DNA from: a virus
Taxonomy: Duplodnaviria > Heunggongvirae > Uroviricota > Caudoviricetes
Length of the DNA: 64,000 nt
Strand: one strand, 5' to 3'
Virus record (IMG/VR): IMGVR_UViG_3300013383_000018
The notes beneath the pieces are model-generated. The model saw only the letters and a list, made by a program, of their open reading frames with translations, was not told where the DNA came from and made no database searches. Both the position numbers and the translations under genes were made by a program. Each line of letters begins with the position of its first letter. Within the stretch, counting starts at the first letter, position 1. This document shows positions 43,409 to 53,618 of the stretch, piece by piece.

Positions 43409-43739
43409 GGTTTTCGTACAGGCGCCTATGCAAAGGTTTGGGAAGTGACTCCCATGAAAGAACAAGCAAACCAACGAGTATGAGCAAGACTTTTCTGGCT
43501 TTGTCCTTGCCATTGGGACGGCGGCGGCAAAGAAAGCTGCTTGTCTGAAAGAGGGCGAGCGCATTAAGCTCGGAGACGTTGATGTCACAACGAAGTATGA
43601 CAAGGAGAAAAAGGTGACGTACACCAACTTCAAGATGTTCTCCTTTGAAGTTGAGGGCGATGAGAGTGGCTCTCAAACCACAGACCCTCAGCCTACGGTT
43701 GATGATGGCGAAATTGATGACAGCCGGTTGCCATTCTAA
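43409..43739 (+). CDS. ssb: SSB-like protein interrupted by a frameshift (N-terminal part 43409-43486, C-terminal part 43458-43739)
   Basis: The C-terminal frame ends with the acidic SSB tail DDGEIDDSRLPF and an OB-like segment. The N-terminal fragment starts with ATG after an RBS. Neither frame is complete alone. Confidence 0.45.
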
Positions 43740-43750
43740 GGTAATCGCCT

Positions 43751-44536
43751 ATGGGAGAAGTAAACTACGCACCACTCATTGATGACATGGTGTGGAGCTA
43801 CTCACGAATAAAGGCTTTTGAAGACTGCCCTTATAGGTGGTACTTGAAGTACATAAAGAAGTTTCATGGTAAGGATATGTTCTTTTCGAGCTATGGAACT
43901 TTCATGCACAAGCTTATTGAGTTATACCACAAAGGTGAAAAGACACCAAGACAGCTTGTTGATATGTACTTGCAAGACTTCAAAACTGAAGTTGTGGGGC
44001 GTGCTCCAAACAGAAAGGTGTTCAGTAGTTACTTTACTGGCGGCTTGCAATATCTTAAAACACTTCAGCCATTCCCGTATGACGTGGTTGGTGTTGAAAA
44101 GAAAGTTGACTTCGTGGTAAACGGCATTCCGTTTGTTGGATACATAGACTTCCTCGGAAGAAAAGATGATGACCTATATGTCGTAGATAATAAGTCGAGG
44201 ATTTTGAAACCACGGAGCAGCAGAGCGAAACCAACAAAGGCTGATGAAGAGTTAGATGCTTATTTAAGGCAGCTTTATATTTACTCTGCAGCAGTTGAAG
44301 AAGAGTATGGCAAAACGCCAAAGAGTCTTTGCTTCAATTGCTTTAGAGACAAGCTGTTTATCATAGAGCCATTTAAGGAGCAGGCATACGCTGAATCTAA
44401 AGAATGGCTTGCAAAGAGCATTGGGAAGATTCGTGAGGAATCAGATTTCAAACCATCAGTAGAGTTTTTCAAATGCACGCATCTGTGTGAGATGCAGGAT
44501 ATGTGTGAGTATTACGAGCTGATGAGAAAGAGGTGA
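43751..44536 (+). CDS. PD-(D/E)xK nuclease of the Cas4/RecB family with C-terminal Cys cluster
   Basis: YSRIKAFEDCPYRWY, DFLGRKDDDLYVVDNKS (D..ExK). Terminal C-x4-C-x5-C. Confidence 0.65.
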   Translation: MGEVNYAPLIDDMVWSYSRIKAFEDCPYRWYLKYIKKFHGKDMFFSSYGTFMHKLIELYHKGEKTPRQLVDMYLQDFKTEVVGRAPNRKVFSSYFTGGLQYLKTLQPFPYDVVGVEKKVDFVVNGIPFVGYIDFLGRKDDDLYVVDNKSRILKPRSSRAKPTKADEELDAYLRQLYIYSAAVEEEYGKTPKSLCFNCFRDKLFIIEPFKEQAYAESKEWLAKSIGKIREESDFKPSVEFFKCTHLCEMQDMCEYYELMRKR

Positions 44537-44560
44537 TGAATTATTAGAGCAAGTGAAGAC

Positions 44561-45874
44561 ATGGCAAGGGTTGAGAGTGAGGCTGGTATTATCGCTACGC
44601 TGATTCATCACCCTGAGTTCTCGTATTATTCAGAGCAACTGTTGCCGAACCATTTCACCAACGAGGAGAACCGCTATATCTATCAAGCGATTTGTTCTCT
44701 CGCACGAGATGGGATTACGACGATTGACCCGTATAACATTATCCAAGCGCTGTCTGCTAAGGAAGCAACAAGGCGTTTTGCGGATGAGCTCAGTATCGAC
44801 CAGCTTTATACATTGATGGACAACAGCGACAGCATTGCTCGAAATACTGTTGAGGAGTACAAACTGCTCGTCAACAATGTTATGGACGCAGCTTTTAGGC
44901 GGGACACTTTTCAACAACTCAAAGAGTGCCAGAAGCTTTGTACTCAGCCATCCGAAGAAAACATCGAACAGAAAATCTACAAGATGTTGGATGACGTGAT
45001 GATGGAGTTCTCGGCAACGAATGAAGTCCCACCGTACAAAGATGTCGTGGATAAATGCTGGGAAGAAATTAAAGGAAGGCAAGGTGCTGGATACGCAGGC
45101 ATTCCCTTTAAGTTCCCTGCATTGAACGATTATGCGACCATTGAGCGTGGAGAACTATTCATCTTTGGCGCAGAACAAAAGCAAGGCAAGAGCATGATGC
45201 TTTTGAATTGTGCAGTTGACTTGCTGAAGCAGGATTACGCAGTCCTCTATCTGGATAGTGAGCTAAACACGCGACTGTTTACATCAAGAATCTTGGCACA
45301 CCTATCTGGTATCGAGTACAAACGATTGACATCTGGCAATTACAGCGACGAAGAGGAAAAGCGTATTCTGGACGCAAAGGAATGGTTAAAAACGCGCAAG
45401 TTCACCCATATCTATATTCCAATGTTTGACCAACAGAGCATTTTTACGGCTGTAAACAAGGTTAAGCATACGCAGGGACTTGATGTTCTTATTGTTGATT
45501 ACTTCAAGGGCAAAGGCGAGGGCGATGCGTTTGACAGCTACCAAGAGCTTGGCAGATTTGTAGATATGGTGAAGAACCAGATTTGCGGTGAGATGAATAT
45601 TGCTGGTATTGGTGCCGCTCAAGCAACAATTACCGGTAAGCTTGCCGATAGTGCAAAGATTGCTCGTAACGCCTCAACAATTGCGATGATTTCCGATAAA
45701 ACCCCAGAGGAAATCGAAGCCGATGGTGCCGAGTGTGGCAACAAGAAACTCCGCGTAACTGTAAACCGCAATGGTATGCAGATGACGCAGGACGAATACA
45801 TAGATTTGCTGTTCGATGGGAATCACATCCTCTATGAGCAGGCAAAACAGCATATTCCGCAGACACCTTTTTAA
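44561..45874 (+). CDS. dnaB: replicative DNA helicase (DnaB family)
   Basis: Walker A FGAEQKQGKSMM. DnaB-like N-terminal domain. Walker B VLIVDY. Confidence 0.8.
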   Translation: MARVESEAGIIATLIHHPEFSYYSEQLLPNHFTNEENRYIYQAICSLARDGITTIDPYNIIQALSAKEATRRFADELSIDQLYTLMDNSDSIARNTVEEYKLLVNNVMDAAFRRDTFQQLKECQKLCTQPSEENIEQKIYKMLDDVMMEFSATNEVPPYKDVVDKCWEEIKGRQGAGYAGIPFKFPALNDYATIERGELFIFGAEQKQGKSMMLLNCAVDLLKQDYAVLYLDSELNTRLFTSRILAHLSGIEYKRLTSGNYSDEEEKRILDAKEWLKTRKFTHIYIPMFDQQSIFTAVNKVKHTQGLDVLIVDYFKGKGEGDAFDSYQELGRFVDMVKNQICGEMNIAGIGAAQATITGKLADSAKIARNASTIAMISDKTPEEIEADGAECGNKKLRVTVNRNGMQMTQDEYIDLLFDGNHILYEQAKQHIPQTPF

Positions 45875-45910
45875 CCAGTCAACATAATTAAATAAAATAC
45901 GGAAGGAGGA

Positions 45911-46897
45911 GTGTGGGTGGAGCTATCTGAGCTGATTGAATCAGTCGATATCCTTGAATACATCTCGCAATATACAGAGTTCACAGAAAAGAACGGAGAA
46001 TATTGGGCGTTGTCACCATTCAAAGATGAGAAAACCCCATCCTTCTCCGTTCGCAAGGAGACAAACTCATTCTACGACTTTTCATCGGGCATCGGCGGTA
46101 ACGTACTGACATTCATTCGGTATTACGACAATTGTGGTTATGCCGAAGCTATCGAAAAACTGAAGAATTACAGCGGAGTCGATGGCAATGTGATTGCCAG
46201 AAAAAAATTAGCGACAGTTGAGGTCGCCAAGAGGTTTATGCCGCCGAAAAAAGTGCAGAAGCAGTCAAAATCAACTGTGCTTCCAGACGATTATATGGAG
46301 CGGTACGAAAAAAGACCGGACAAGTTAGCCGTTTGGGAGCGCGAGGGCATATCCAAAGACTCACTCGACAAGTTTGATGTGTACTATGACAGCTTTTCGG
46401 ATAGATTGGTTTATCCAATACGGAATCCAGATGGAAAAATCGTAAATGTAGGCGGTAGAACGCTTGACCCGGCATGGAAAGAAAAGGGCTTGCGCAAATA
46501 CACCTACTTTATGGCATGGGGTGAGCTGAAAACTATCTATGGGCTTGCAGAAAACATGGAGGACATCAAGAAAAAAGGTGAAATTATCCTTTTTGAGGGA
46601 TGTAAGTCAGTTTTACTCGCAGATACATATGGGGTACACAACACAGGTGCGATTTTGACATCGCATCTTAATCCGAATCAGATGAAACTGCTGGTGTCCC
46701 TTGGGTGCAGGGTGGTTTTTGCCCTTGACAAGGACGTTTGCATCAGGGATGACCACAATATCAAGCGGTTGAAGCAGTTTGTAAACGTTGAATACATTTG
46801 GGACAAGGAAGATTTGCTTGGCGATAAGGACAGCCCTGTCGATAGAGGTCAAGACACTTGGAAAAAACTCTACGACGGGAGGCTGTCATGGCGATGA
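45911..46897 (+). CDS. dnaG: DNA primase (DnaG-like, TOPRIM)
   Basis: Degenerate primase zinc-finger region SPFKDEKTPSFSV. TOPRIM ILFEGCKSV...ALDKD. Confidence 0.7.
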   Translation: MWVELSELIESVDILEYISQYTEFTEKNGEYWALSPFKDEKTPSFSVRKETNSFYDFSSGIGGNVLTFIRYYDNCGYAEAIEKLKNYSGVDGNVIARKKLATVEVAKRFMPPKKVQKQSKSTVLPDDYMERYEKRPDKLAVWEREGISKDSLDKFDVYYDSFSDRLVYPIRNPDGKIVNVGGRTLDPAWKEKGLRKYTYFMAWGELKTIYGLAENMEDIKKKGEIILFEGCKSVLLADTYGVHNTGAILTSHLNPNQMKLLVSLGCRVVFALDKDVCIRDDHNIKRLKQFVNVEYIWDKEDLLGDKDSPVDRGQDTWKKLYDGRLSWR

Positions 46898-49800
46898 GCA
46901 ATCAATATACCCTATACCACTTGCATAGTGACCTTTCAAACGGCGTTACCAACATTGACTCCGTTACAAAGTACGGTGAATACATAGAGCGTGCCAAAGA
47001 GTGCAGCATGAAAGCAATGGCGTTTACGGAGCATGGCTCTGTTTTTGAGTGGTGGCACAAGAAAAGTGCTATCGAAGCTGCTGGGATGAAGTACATTCAC
47101 GGCATTGAAGCGTATCTTACGCTTAACCTCGACGAAAAAATCAGAGACAACTACCACTGTGTCTTGCTTGCGAAGAACTACGATGGGTTCTTAGAGCTCA
47201 ACAGCCTTGTGTCTAAGAGTTTCTGTAGAACCGACAACCATTTTTATTACGTTCCACGAATCACGTTCAACGAACTGTTTGCGACATCTGACAACATTAT
47301 CATCACTACGGCTTGCGTCGGTGGCGTTCTCGGAAAAGGTGACGAACAGGTTCAGCAGTATTATCTGGATTTCCTTGAACGAAATAGGCATCGCTGCTTT
47401 TTAGAGGTCGGTCACCACATGGACGAGAAGCAGGTCAACTACAACGAAAAACTGCTGTTGCTTAGCAAGAGTACCGGCGTCCCTTTGATTGCAGGAACTG
47501 ATACACACGTCCTCAATGCAGAACATGAAAAAGGCAGAAGCATCTTACAGGCGTCCAAAAATATTACGTTTGATGGCGAGGAGCGTTGGGACTTAAAGTT
47601 TAAGACTTACGACGAGTTGGTCGCTGCATATAGAGAGCAAGGGTCGCTTCCAGAAGCAGAGTATATGCAAGCTATTGAAAACACCAACGTGATGGCAGAT
47701 ATGGTCGAGCCGTTTGAATTGGACAGAGGGACGAAGTACCCACATATCTATTCTGAACCAGAGAAGACGTTCCGCGACAAGATTCAGACAGCGGTTGAGA
47801 ACCATCCATATGCGCTCAAGCATCACACAAAGGAAGAGCTACAGAAAACCATCGATGAAGAGTTCGATGTTTATAAGGCAACGAAGTCAATTGACTTTAT
47901 GCTGCTCCAAACTTACTTGCGTGAGTGGGAAAAACAAAACGGTATCCAGTGTGGTTATGGTCGTGGTTCAGTTTCCGGTAGCATGATTGCGTATCTCTTG
48001 GGGATTACGCAGATGGACAGTATGCGGTATGGCTTGAACTTCTTCCGCTTTATGAATCCGTCCCGTGTTACAAACGCCGATATTGATACGGACTATTCGG
48101 GCAAGGACAGAGAAACAATTAAGCGGTTCCTGCTTAAAGATAAGATGAATCTGCCGAGCATTCGTTCGGCAGAAATTATTACCTTTAACACCATCGCACT
48201 CAAAGGTGCAATCCGCGATGTTTGTCGCGCTCTCTATAAAGACCGTGCAGACATGAACTACCTTCAAGTGGCAAACCACATCTGCAAGGAAGTGGAGCTC
48301 CATGAGAATACTATCCGAAAGAAGTATCCAGAGGTCTTCAAGTATGTAGACATCGTTAATGGAACAATCGTCTCCATCGGTACACACCCGAGTGGAGTCC
48401 TTATCAGTGACCTGCCTATTGACCAAACAGTTGGTCTGTGCAGTATCTCTACATCCGAGTATCCGGTATCCATGATTAACATGAAAGAGCTGGATGACTT
48501 GATGTACGTCAAGCTTGATATCCTTGGCTTGGACAATATTGGTGTTATCAACGATACTTGTAAAATGCTTGGGATTGAGCGCTTGACGCCAGACAACACT
48601 GATATGGAAGACATGAATGTGTGGAGAAGTATCCGAGACGATACGACGCTTATCTTCCAATGGGAGTCTGACAGCGCACAGCATTATCTAAAGCAGTTCA
48701 TGTCTGATGCCACGCTCGATATTGCTCGGTCAAAGATTCCAAATTTCTCAATGCTGAAGTGGATGTCGTTTGGTAACGGTTTACTCAGACCTGCGTGTGC
48801 CAGCTTCCGTGACAGTGTGGCTAAGGGCGAGTTTTACGATAACGGTTTTGATGCGCTGAATGAGTTTCTTGCTCCAGAGGCAGGACGAATCGCAATGCAG
48901 GAAACCATCATGCAGTTCTTGGTTAAGTTCTGTGGTTACTCAAGCGCGGAATCAGACAACGTCCGCCGAGCGATTGCCAAGAAAAAGGGAACAGAAAAGC
49001 TCTTGCCAGAAATTGAAGAACGTTTTGTGGCTTACTGCTCAAAGGCATACAAGATGAGCACAGAGCGTTGTGAGGAAGTTATCAAGCCGTTCTTGCAAAT
49101 TATTCTGGATGCATCAGCGTATGGCTTCTCATGGAATCACTCAGATGCTTACTCATCCATCGGCTATATCTGCGGCTATCTGCGTTACTATTACCCGTTG
49201 GAGTTCTTAACAGCGGCGTTGAATATCTTCGGCGACAATATGGACAAGACTGCTGATATTACAAGTTATGCCCATAAGGTCGGTATTCGAGTGACGTTGC
49301 CTAAATGGGGATTGTCCAGAGGTGAATACTTCTTCGACAGAGAGAAGAAAATCATCGCCAAGGGTCTCACGTCAATTAAGTATATGAGCGCTGGTCTTGC
49401 CGATGAATTGTATGACCTTGCAGCGAAAAACAAGTATTCCTGTTTTATGGATTTGCTGAAAGACCTCGATGAAAAAACGAGTATTAACTCAAGGCAGCTT
49501 GACATTCTGATTAAGCTGGACTTCTTCTCCGATTTCGGCAACCAGCGTGAGTTGCTTCGGATGGTTGACCTGTTCTTCAATACCTTTAAGAGAGGTCAGG
49601 CAAAGCAAATCAAAAAGTCTGAGGTCGATGGAACGCCACTCGAAGAAATCGTGAAGCGATACGCGGTCGGTGTTACAAAGTCTGGCGGCGAAGCTAAGAG
49701 CTATACACTTCTTGATGTGATGTCGATTTTGCGTGGCGCAGAAGATGCAGTGAAAGCAGTTGGTATGGATGACCTCAGCGATATTATCAAAGTCCGTAAC

Positions 49801-50085
49801 TTCTATGATGTGATGGGTTATATCGGATATGTGTCTGGCAATGAAGCAGACAGACGCAAGCTATACATAACAGACATGAAGCCACTGGTTCGGAGAAGAG
49901 ACGGTGAGCAATTTGCTTACAGCGTCTTCACGAAATCAATCGGTAGCGGTAAAGAAAGTAGATTCACGTTATTCAACCGTGAGTTTAAGAAAGAGCCAAT
50001 TAAGGTCGGTGACATTATTTACTGCAAGGGCTACCAGCGCGATGGTGAGTATTTCAAGCTGACAGCGTATGACAAGGTTCTGTAA
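46888..50085 (+). CDS. dnaE: DNA polymerase III alpha subunit-like (DnaE family, N-terminal PHP domain)
   Basis: PHP motifs YTLYHLHSDLSNG and FTEHGS. 1065 aa. GGGAGG before ATG 46888. Confidence 0.8.
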   Translation: MAMSNQYTLYHLHSDLSNGVTNIDSVTKYGEYIERAKECSMKAMAFTEHGSVFEWWHKKSAIEAAGMKYIHGIEAYLTLNLDEKIRDNYHCVLLAKNYDGFLELNSLVSKSFCRTDNHFYYVPRITFNELFATSDNIIITTACVGGVLGKGDEQVQQYYLDFLERNRHRCFLEVGHHMDEKQVNYNEKLLLLSKSTGVPLIAGTDTHVLNAEHEKGRSILQASKNITFDGEERWDLKFKTYDELVAAYREQGSLPEAEYMQAIENTNVMADMVEPFELDRGTKYPHIYSEPEKTFRDKIQTAVENHPYALKHHTKEELQKTIDEEFDVYKATKSIDFMLLQTYLREWEKQNGIQCGYGRGSVSGSMIAYLLGITQMDSMRYGLNFFRFMNPSRVTNADIDTDYSGKDRETIKRFLLKDKMNLPSIRSAEIITFNTIALKGAIRDVCRALYKDRADMNYLQVANHICKEVELHENTIRKKYPEVFKYVDIVNGTIVSIGTHPSGVLISDLPIDQTVGLCSISTSEYPVSMINMKELDDLMYVKLDILGLDNIGVINDTCKMLGIERLTPDNTDMEDMNVWRSIRDDTTLIFQWESDSAQHYLKQFMSDATLDIARSKIPNFSMLKWMSFGNGLLRPACASFRDSVAKGEFYDNGFDALNEFLAPEAGRIAMQETIMQFLVKFCGYSSAESDNVRRAIAKKKGTEKLLPEIEERFVAYCSKAYKMSTERCEEVIKPFLQIILDASAYGFSWNHSDAYSSIGYICGYLRYYYPLEFLTAALNIFGDNMDKTADITSYAHKVGIRVTLPKWGLSRGEYFFDREKKIIAKGLTSIKYMSAGLADELYDLAAKNKYSCFMDLLKDLDEKTSINSRQLDILIKLDFFSDFGNQRELLRMVDLFFNTFKRGQAKQIKKSEVDGTPLEEIVKRYAVGVTKSGGEAKSYTLLDVMSILRGAEDAVKAVGMDDLSDIIKVRNFYDVMGYIGYVSGNEADRRKLYITDMKPLVRRRDGEQFAYSVFTKSIGSGKESRFTLFNREFKKEPIKVGDIIYCKGYQRDGEYFKLTAYDKVL

Positions 50086-50099
50086 TTGGAGGTGGGAAC

Positions 50100-50552
50100 A
50101 TGGAAGTATTAACCGGAGATACATTTGCAGAAGCCCTTTTGTTCTGCTCTCAGCAAGAGAATGTTTCGGTGTGTGTCGTACTTGATAATATGCGTAACAC
50201 TAAAGAGCTGGTTGAGACTCTTTGGAGGGAGATAGAACTGGGGAATCTTCCGGGATGGGTAATGCAAAGAGGATTTGATGTAACCTCCTTCTCTAACACA
50301 TATTCCATTCTAAACACGAAGAAATCATCCGTTCTGTATTTCATTACTGCATATGACACGCAGGAGTTCAAGGGGCGCACATTCAATCGCATCCTATATC
50401 TAAGCGACCTGAACGCGGTCATCCTGTCTGAGATTGAACGCTGTGAACAGCCATTGCGGTTTACCGATGGAACATATGGCGGCGAGGAACTGGACAACTT
50501 CCTCAGCGGTTTCAAAATCAAACCTGCTGCTTCGGCAGTGAGGGTGATATAA
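50100..50552 (+). CDS. hypothetical protein
   Basis: RBS GGAGGTGGG. Confidence 0.5.
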   Translation: MEVLTGDTFAEALLFCSQQENVSVCVVLDNMRNTKELVETLWREIELGNLPGWVMQRGFDVTSFSNTYSILNTKKSSVLYFITAYDTQEFKGRTFNRILYLSDLNAVILSEIERCEQPLRFTDGTYGGEELDNFLSGFKIKPAASAVRVI

Positions 50553-50579
50553 AACACAGATTTTATAAGTGCATGGGAG

Positions 50580-50795
50580 GTGCAAAACTTGTCAGACAAA
50601 CGTGTCTGCAATTATTGCGGCAAGGAGCTCGACCTCTTTGACCTGCAGGAAGATTTCTCTATACATAGACAACATATCGGGTACGGGAGTATCCATGACG
50701 GAGATGGTGTTGATTTACAACTTTGCTGTGACTGCTTCGACAAGATTGTAAGCGAGTGCAACGTGTCTCCGATTGAGGAGGTCGATGACGAGTGA
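50580..50795 (+). CDS. small zinc-ribbon protein; TTG start
   Basis: CNYCGK...CCDCFDK. GGAGGTG before the TTG. Confidence 0.45.
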   Translation: MQNLSDKRVCNYCGKELDLFDLQEDFSIHRQHIGYGSIHDGDGVDLQLCCDCFDKIVSECNVSPIEEVDDE

Positions 50796-51598
50796 CAAGA
50801 GCAGAGTTCAACAATGCTTTGGAGGAAGCCCTTCAGAAGGCGGCGCGAGCACAAGCTTATACGGGCGGGAGATATGAAATTACGTTGATTGTAACGCGAG
50901 ACGTTTATAGATTCCTCTCTGAGCACACGGGTGTCACGTTTGATGTTCGCAATACTGACCACGGTATTTATCGTGGATACAGAATTGGCATTGTTAACGA
51001 GCAGGGGTACAGCGATATTCTCGAACCGGCTATGCTCGGAATGGAGTATTACAACGGCATGGAAGTAAATGACATTATCGTTGTCGGAGATGAGAACAGA
51101 CTGTTCCAGCTTGAGAGCAGAGAACCGATTTGCTTCCGGGATATGGGGTTAACCGTCAGTTTTGAGAATGGCGCAAGAGCAACAGCTAATGCAACCGTAA
51201 CGAATACCGTTGCTAATGCCATCAATGAGACAAATGCAGCGGGGACAGTAACTGCTGCGGCGGTTAATGCCGCACGTCCAGTAGAAATGAACTATAGAGA
51301 TGGGCGGTTGTTTGTCGATGGTGTTCCGATTGACCTCCCGCTTGGAGAACTTGCAATGGAAGACCTCGTAGGAGTAACGACACCGCAGCTTGATTGGAAC
51401 GCCACTGGTCGTGCGACAGTTGGTTGGTTCGGTGCTGTTCCGGTCGCTGCTACTGAACCCACACGACCTGTGCGAGCGCAGAGAGCGGCACGTTCGAGAG
51501 TACCACTGGTAGAAGAACCGCTGAATCCCGGCGATACAAAAATGCTGGACGATTTTCTCGGTGGCTTTACCATTAAGGAAACTCTCCAGCACGCATAA
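50792..51598 (+). CDS. hypothetical protein; GTG start
   Basis: ORF. Start overlaps the upstream stop. Confidence 0.5.
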   Translation: MTRAEFNNALEEALQKAARAQAYTGGRYEITLIVTRDVYRFLSEHTGVTFDVRNTDHGIYRGYRIGIVNEQGYSDILEPAMLGMEYYNGMEVNDIIVVGDENRLFQLESREPICFRDMGLTVSFENGARATANATVTNTVANAINETNAAGTVTAAAVNAARPVEMNYRDGRLFVDGVPIDLPLGELAMEDLVGVTTPQLDWNATGRATVGWFGAVPVAATEPTRPVRAQRAARSRVPLVEEPLNPGDTKMLDDFLGGFTIKETLQHA

Positions 51599-51688
51599 GA
51601 AAAGTAAGAGGCTAAACATACTATGTGGAAGAGCCCAGAGTAAAACACTCTGGAGCTCTTTTTTCGTAGGCAGTAGAGAGGTAGAACA

Positions 51689-52426
51689 ATGCGAAAAATT
51701 TTCACTATCTTCTTGCTGGTATCTATGATGTGCGTTTCAATCTGCGGATGCAGTAGCGCATCTGCCAGACAAGAAACGCTGTTGACCATTGAGGAGAAAA
51801 CGGAAGTCGATGCGTTGGAAACCGCTATCACAGCGACAGACGCAAACCAGACAATTGAGGAGCCAGAAGAGGAGGCAGTGCGCCACACGGAGGGAGTAGA
51901 CGGCTTCTCTGATGATATTGATTATCTCAGCATAATGAAGCAGAGTTGCTTAAACGGTGATTATGAAGCGGGCGTGATTGCAGAGAAAGCCAGAAACAAG
52001 AAAATCGATGTGCTCGGCTTAAACGTAACAAAGGTCTTCTTTGAAGATTTGCTTGAGCTATCAAAGATTATCACGGCAGAATGTGGCGACAAGCGTTTGC
52101 CCTTTGAGTGGAAGTTGGCTGTTGGCGAGGTGGTTATCAACAGAGCCAACTCACCAGAGTTCCCAGACACAATCAAAGAAGTCATTCACGCAGAGGGGCA
52201 ATATGCTAACGCGAATACAGACTATTTCAAAAACCTGACTCCGTTTGAACCCTGCGTTGAAGCAGCAGCTCGCCTTTTAAGTGGCGAACGTGTTTTGAAT
52301 GAACCGTCAGTCGTGTTCCAGTCTGGTGGTGTACAAGGTAGCGGCGTTTATCTTGAACTGTACAGCAGCTATTACGGCTATACCTATTTGTGTTATAGCA
52401 GTTACCCAGAACTTTACGGAGGTTAA
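51689..52426 (+). CDS. lipoprotein with SleB/CwlJ-type cell-wall hydrolase (Hydrolase_2) domain
   Basis: Lipobox ICGC after a signal peptide. LAVGEVVINRANSPEFPDTIKEVIHAEGQY matches the Hydrolase_2 core. Confidence 0.65.
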   Translation: MRKIFTIFLLVSMMCVSICGCSSASARQETLLTIEEKTEVDALETAITATDANQTIEEPEEEAVRHTEGVDGFSDDIDYLSIMKQSCLNGDYEAGVIAEKARNKKIDVLGLNVTKVFFEDLLELSKIITAECGDKRLPFEWKLAVGEVVINRANSPEFPDTIKEVIHAEGQYANANTDYFKNLTPFEPCVEAAARLLSGERVLNEPSVVFQSGGVQGSGVYLELYSSYYGYTYLCYSSYPELYGG

Positions 52427-52433
52427 GTAACGA

Positions 52434-53108
52434 ATGGGAAGAGTAATTGTTCAAGATTATACATACAAAAAGCCAATCACGATGATTGGCGTAGAGGCTG
52501 GTATCTGCTGGGGAGCGAATACCAGTAATGATGAGAAGAATTATCTCAGAGGCATTGACTGTCTTGAGAGTGGACATGGGAGAACATTTGAGTTCCCTGA
52601 TGTGTATTTGACTCTTGAGGGGTATTCGGCACGGGTTATCCGTGAATGGTACACCCATATTGGCGGTCTGCCCACACGCCTTCAGGCAAGTACGCGATAT
52701 ATCGACTACGAACATGGTTTTGGATATGTTACGCCGCCAAGCATCGAAGGCAATCCAGAAGCGAAAAAGGTCTATGAAGATTTGATGGGACATATCAAAT
52801 CATACTTAGAGAGTCTTGACACTATTGGTGTTCCCCGTGAGGACTCAGCATTAGGACTTCCACTTGGCATGGAAACGAAAATTGTGTGTAAGCACAATAT
52901 GCGCAACCTGATGGATATGTCGCATCAGAGAATGTGCAATCGAGCCTACCATGAATACAGGGGGCTATTCAACGATGTATGCGATGCTTTGGGAAACTAC
53001 TCGGAGGAATGGAAGTACATCGTAGACCACTATTTCATGCCAAAATGCAAGCTCATGGGTTTTTGCTCAGAGAAAAAGACCTGCGGTATGATGCCGCGCA
53101 AACAATGA
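52434..53108 (+). CDS. divergent ThyX-like flavin-dependent thymidylate synthase (tentative)
   Basis: LQASTRYIDY resembles the ThyX QESQRY motif. RVIREWYTHIGG lies at the position of the RHR motif. Divergent. Confidence 0.4.
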   Translation: MGRVIVQDYTYKKPITMIGVEAGICWGANTSNDEKNYLRGIDCLESGHGRTFEFPDVYLTLEGYSARVIREWYTHIGGLPTRLQASTRYIDYEHGFGYVTPPSIEGNPEAKKVYEDLMGHIKSYLESLDTIGVPREDSALGLPLGMETKIVCKHNMRNLMDMSHQRMCNRAYHEYRGLFNDVCDALGNYSEEWKYIVDHYFMPKCKLMGFCSEKKTCGMMPRKQ

Positions 53109-53138
53109 ATGGGGCGCTTACAGTTGCCGTTGTGATTC

Positions 53139-53615
53139 TTGCGGCTGTATTGCTATTCGGCAATGACGACAACCGACCAAGACCTGCTTAAATCTGGAGG
53201 TCTTATGAAAAGCAAGATACTGAACCCCAAACGTATGAAACAACTCATCGATTTCAAAGGGCTGGAACTTGATAACGGAATATACCCTACAGATATTGAT
53301 GGGCTAATTGAGTATCACGACTCAGAATACATACTCCTCGAAGTAAAACACAAGGATGCAAGAGTACCATACGGGCAACGACTTGCTATCCAAAGAATGG
53401 TCGATGACTTTACAAAGGCTGGTAAGAAGGCAGTTGCAATTGTTTGTGAGCACAAAGTAGATGATACAGACAAGCCTGTGGTTGCAGCATTTTGCAAGGT
53501 CAGAGAGCTGTATTACGGCGGTGAACACAAATGGCGACCGCCAGATTCGCCAATGAATGTTCGGCAAGCCATAGATAAATTCCGAAAGTATGCGAAGCAA
53601 CACAAAGGAGGTTGA
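53139..53615 (+). CDS. hypothetical protein with PD-(D/E)xK / VRR-NUC-like motif; start probably 53205
   Basis: DIDGLIEYHDSEYILLEVKHK (D...E.K). Confidence 0.45.
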   Translation: MRLYCYSAMTTTDQDLLKSGGLMKSKILNPKRMKQLIDFKGLELDNGIYPTDIDGLIEYHDSEYILLEVKHKDARVPYGQRLAIQRMVDDFTKAGKKAVAIVCEHKVDDTDKPVVAAFCKVRELYYGGEHKWRPPDSPMNVRQAIDKFRKYAKQHKGG

Positions 53616-53618
53616 CAG

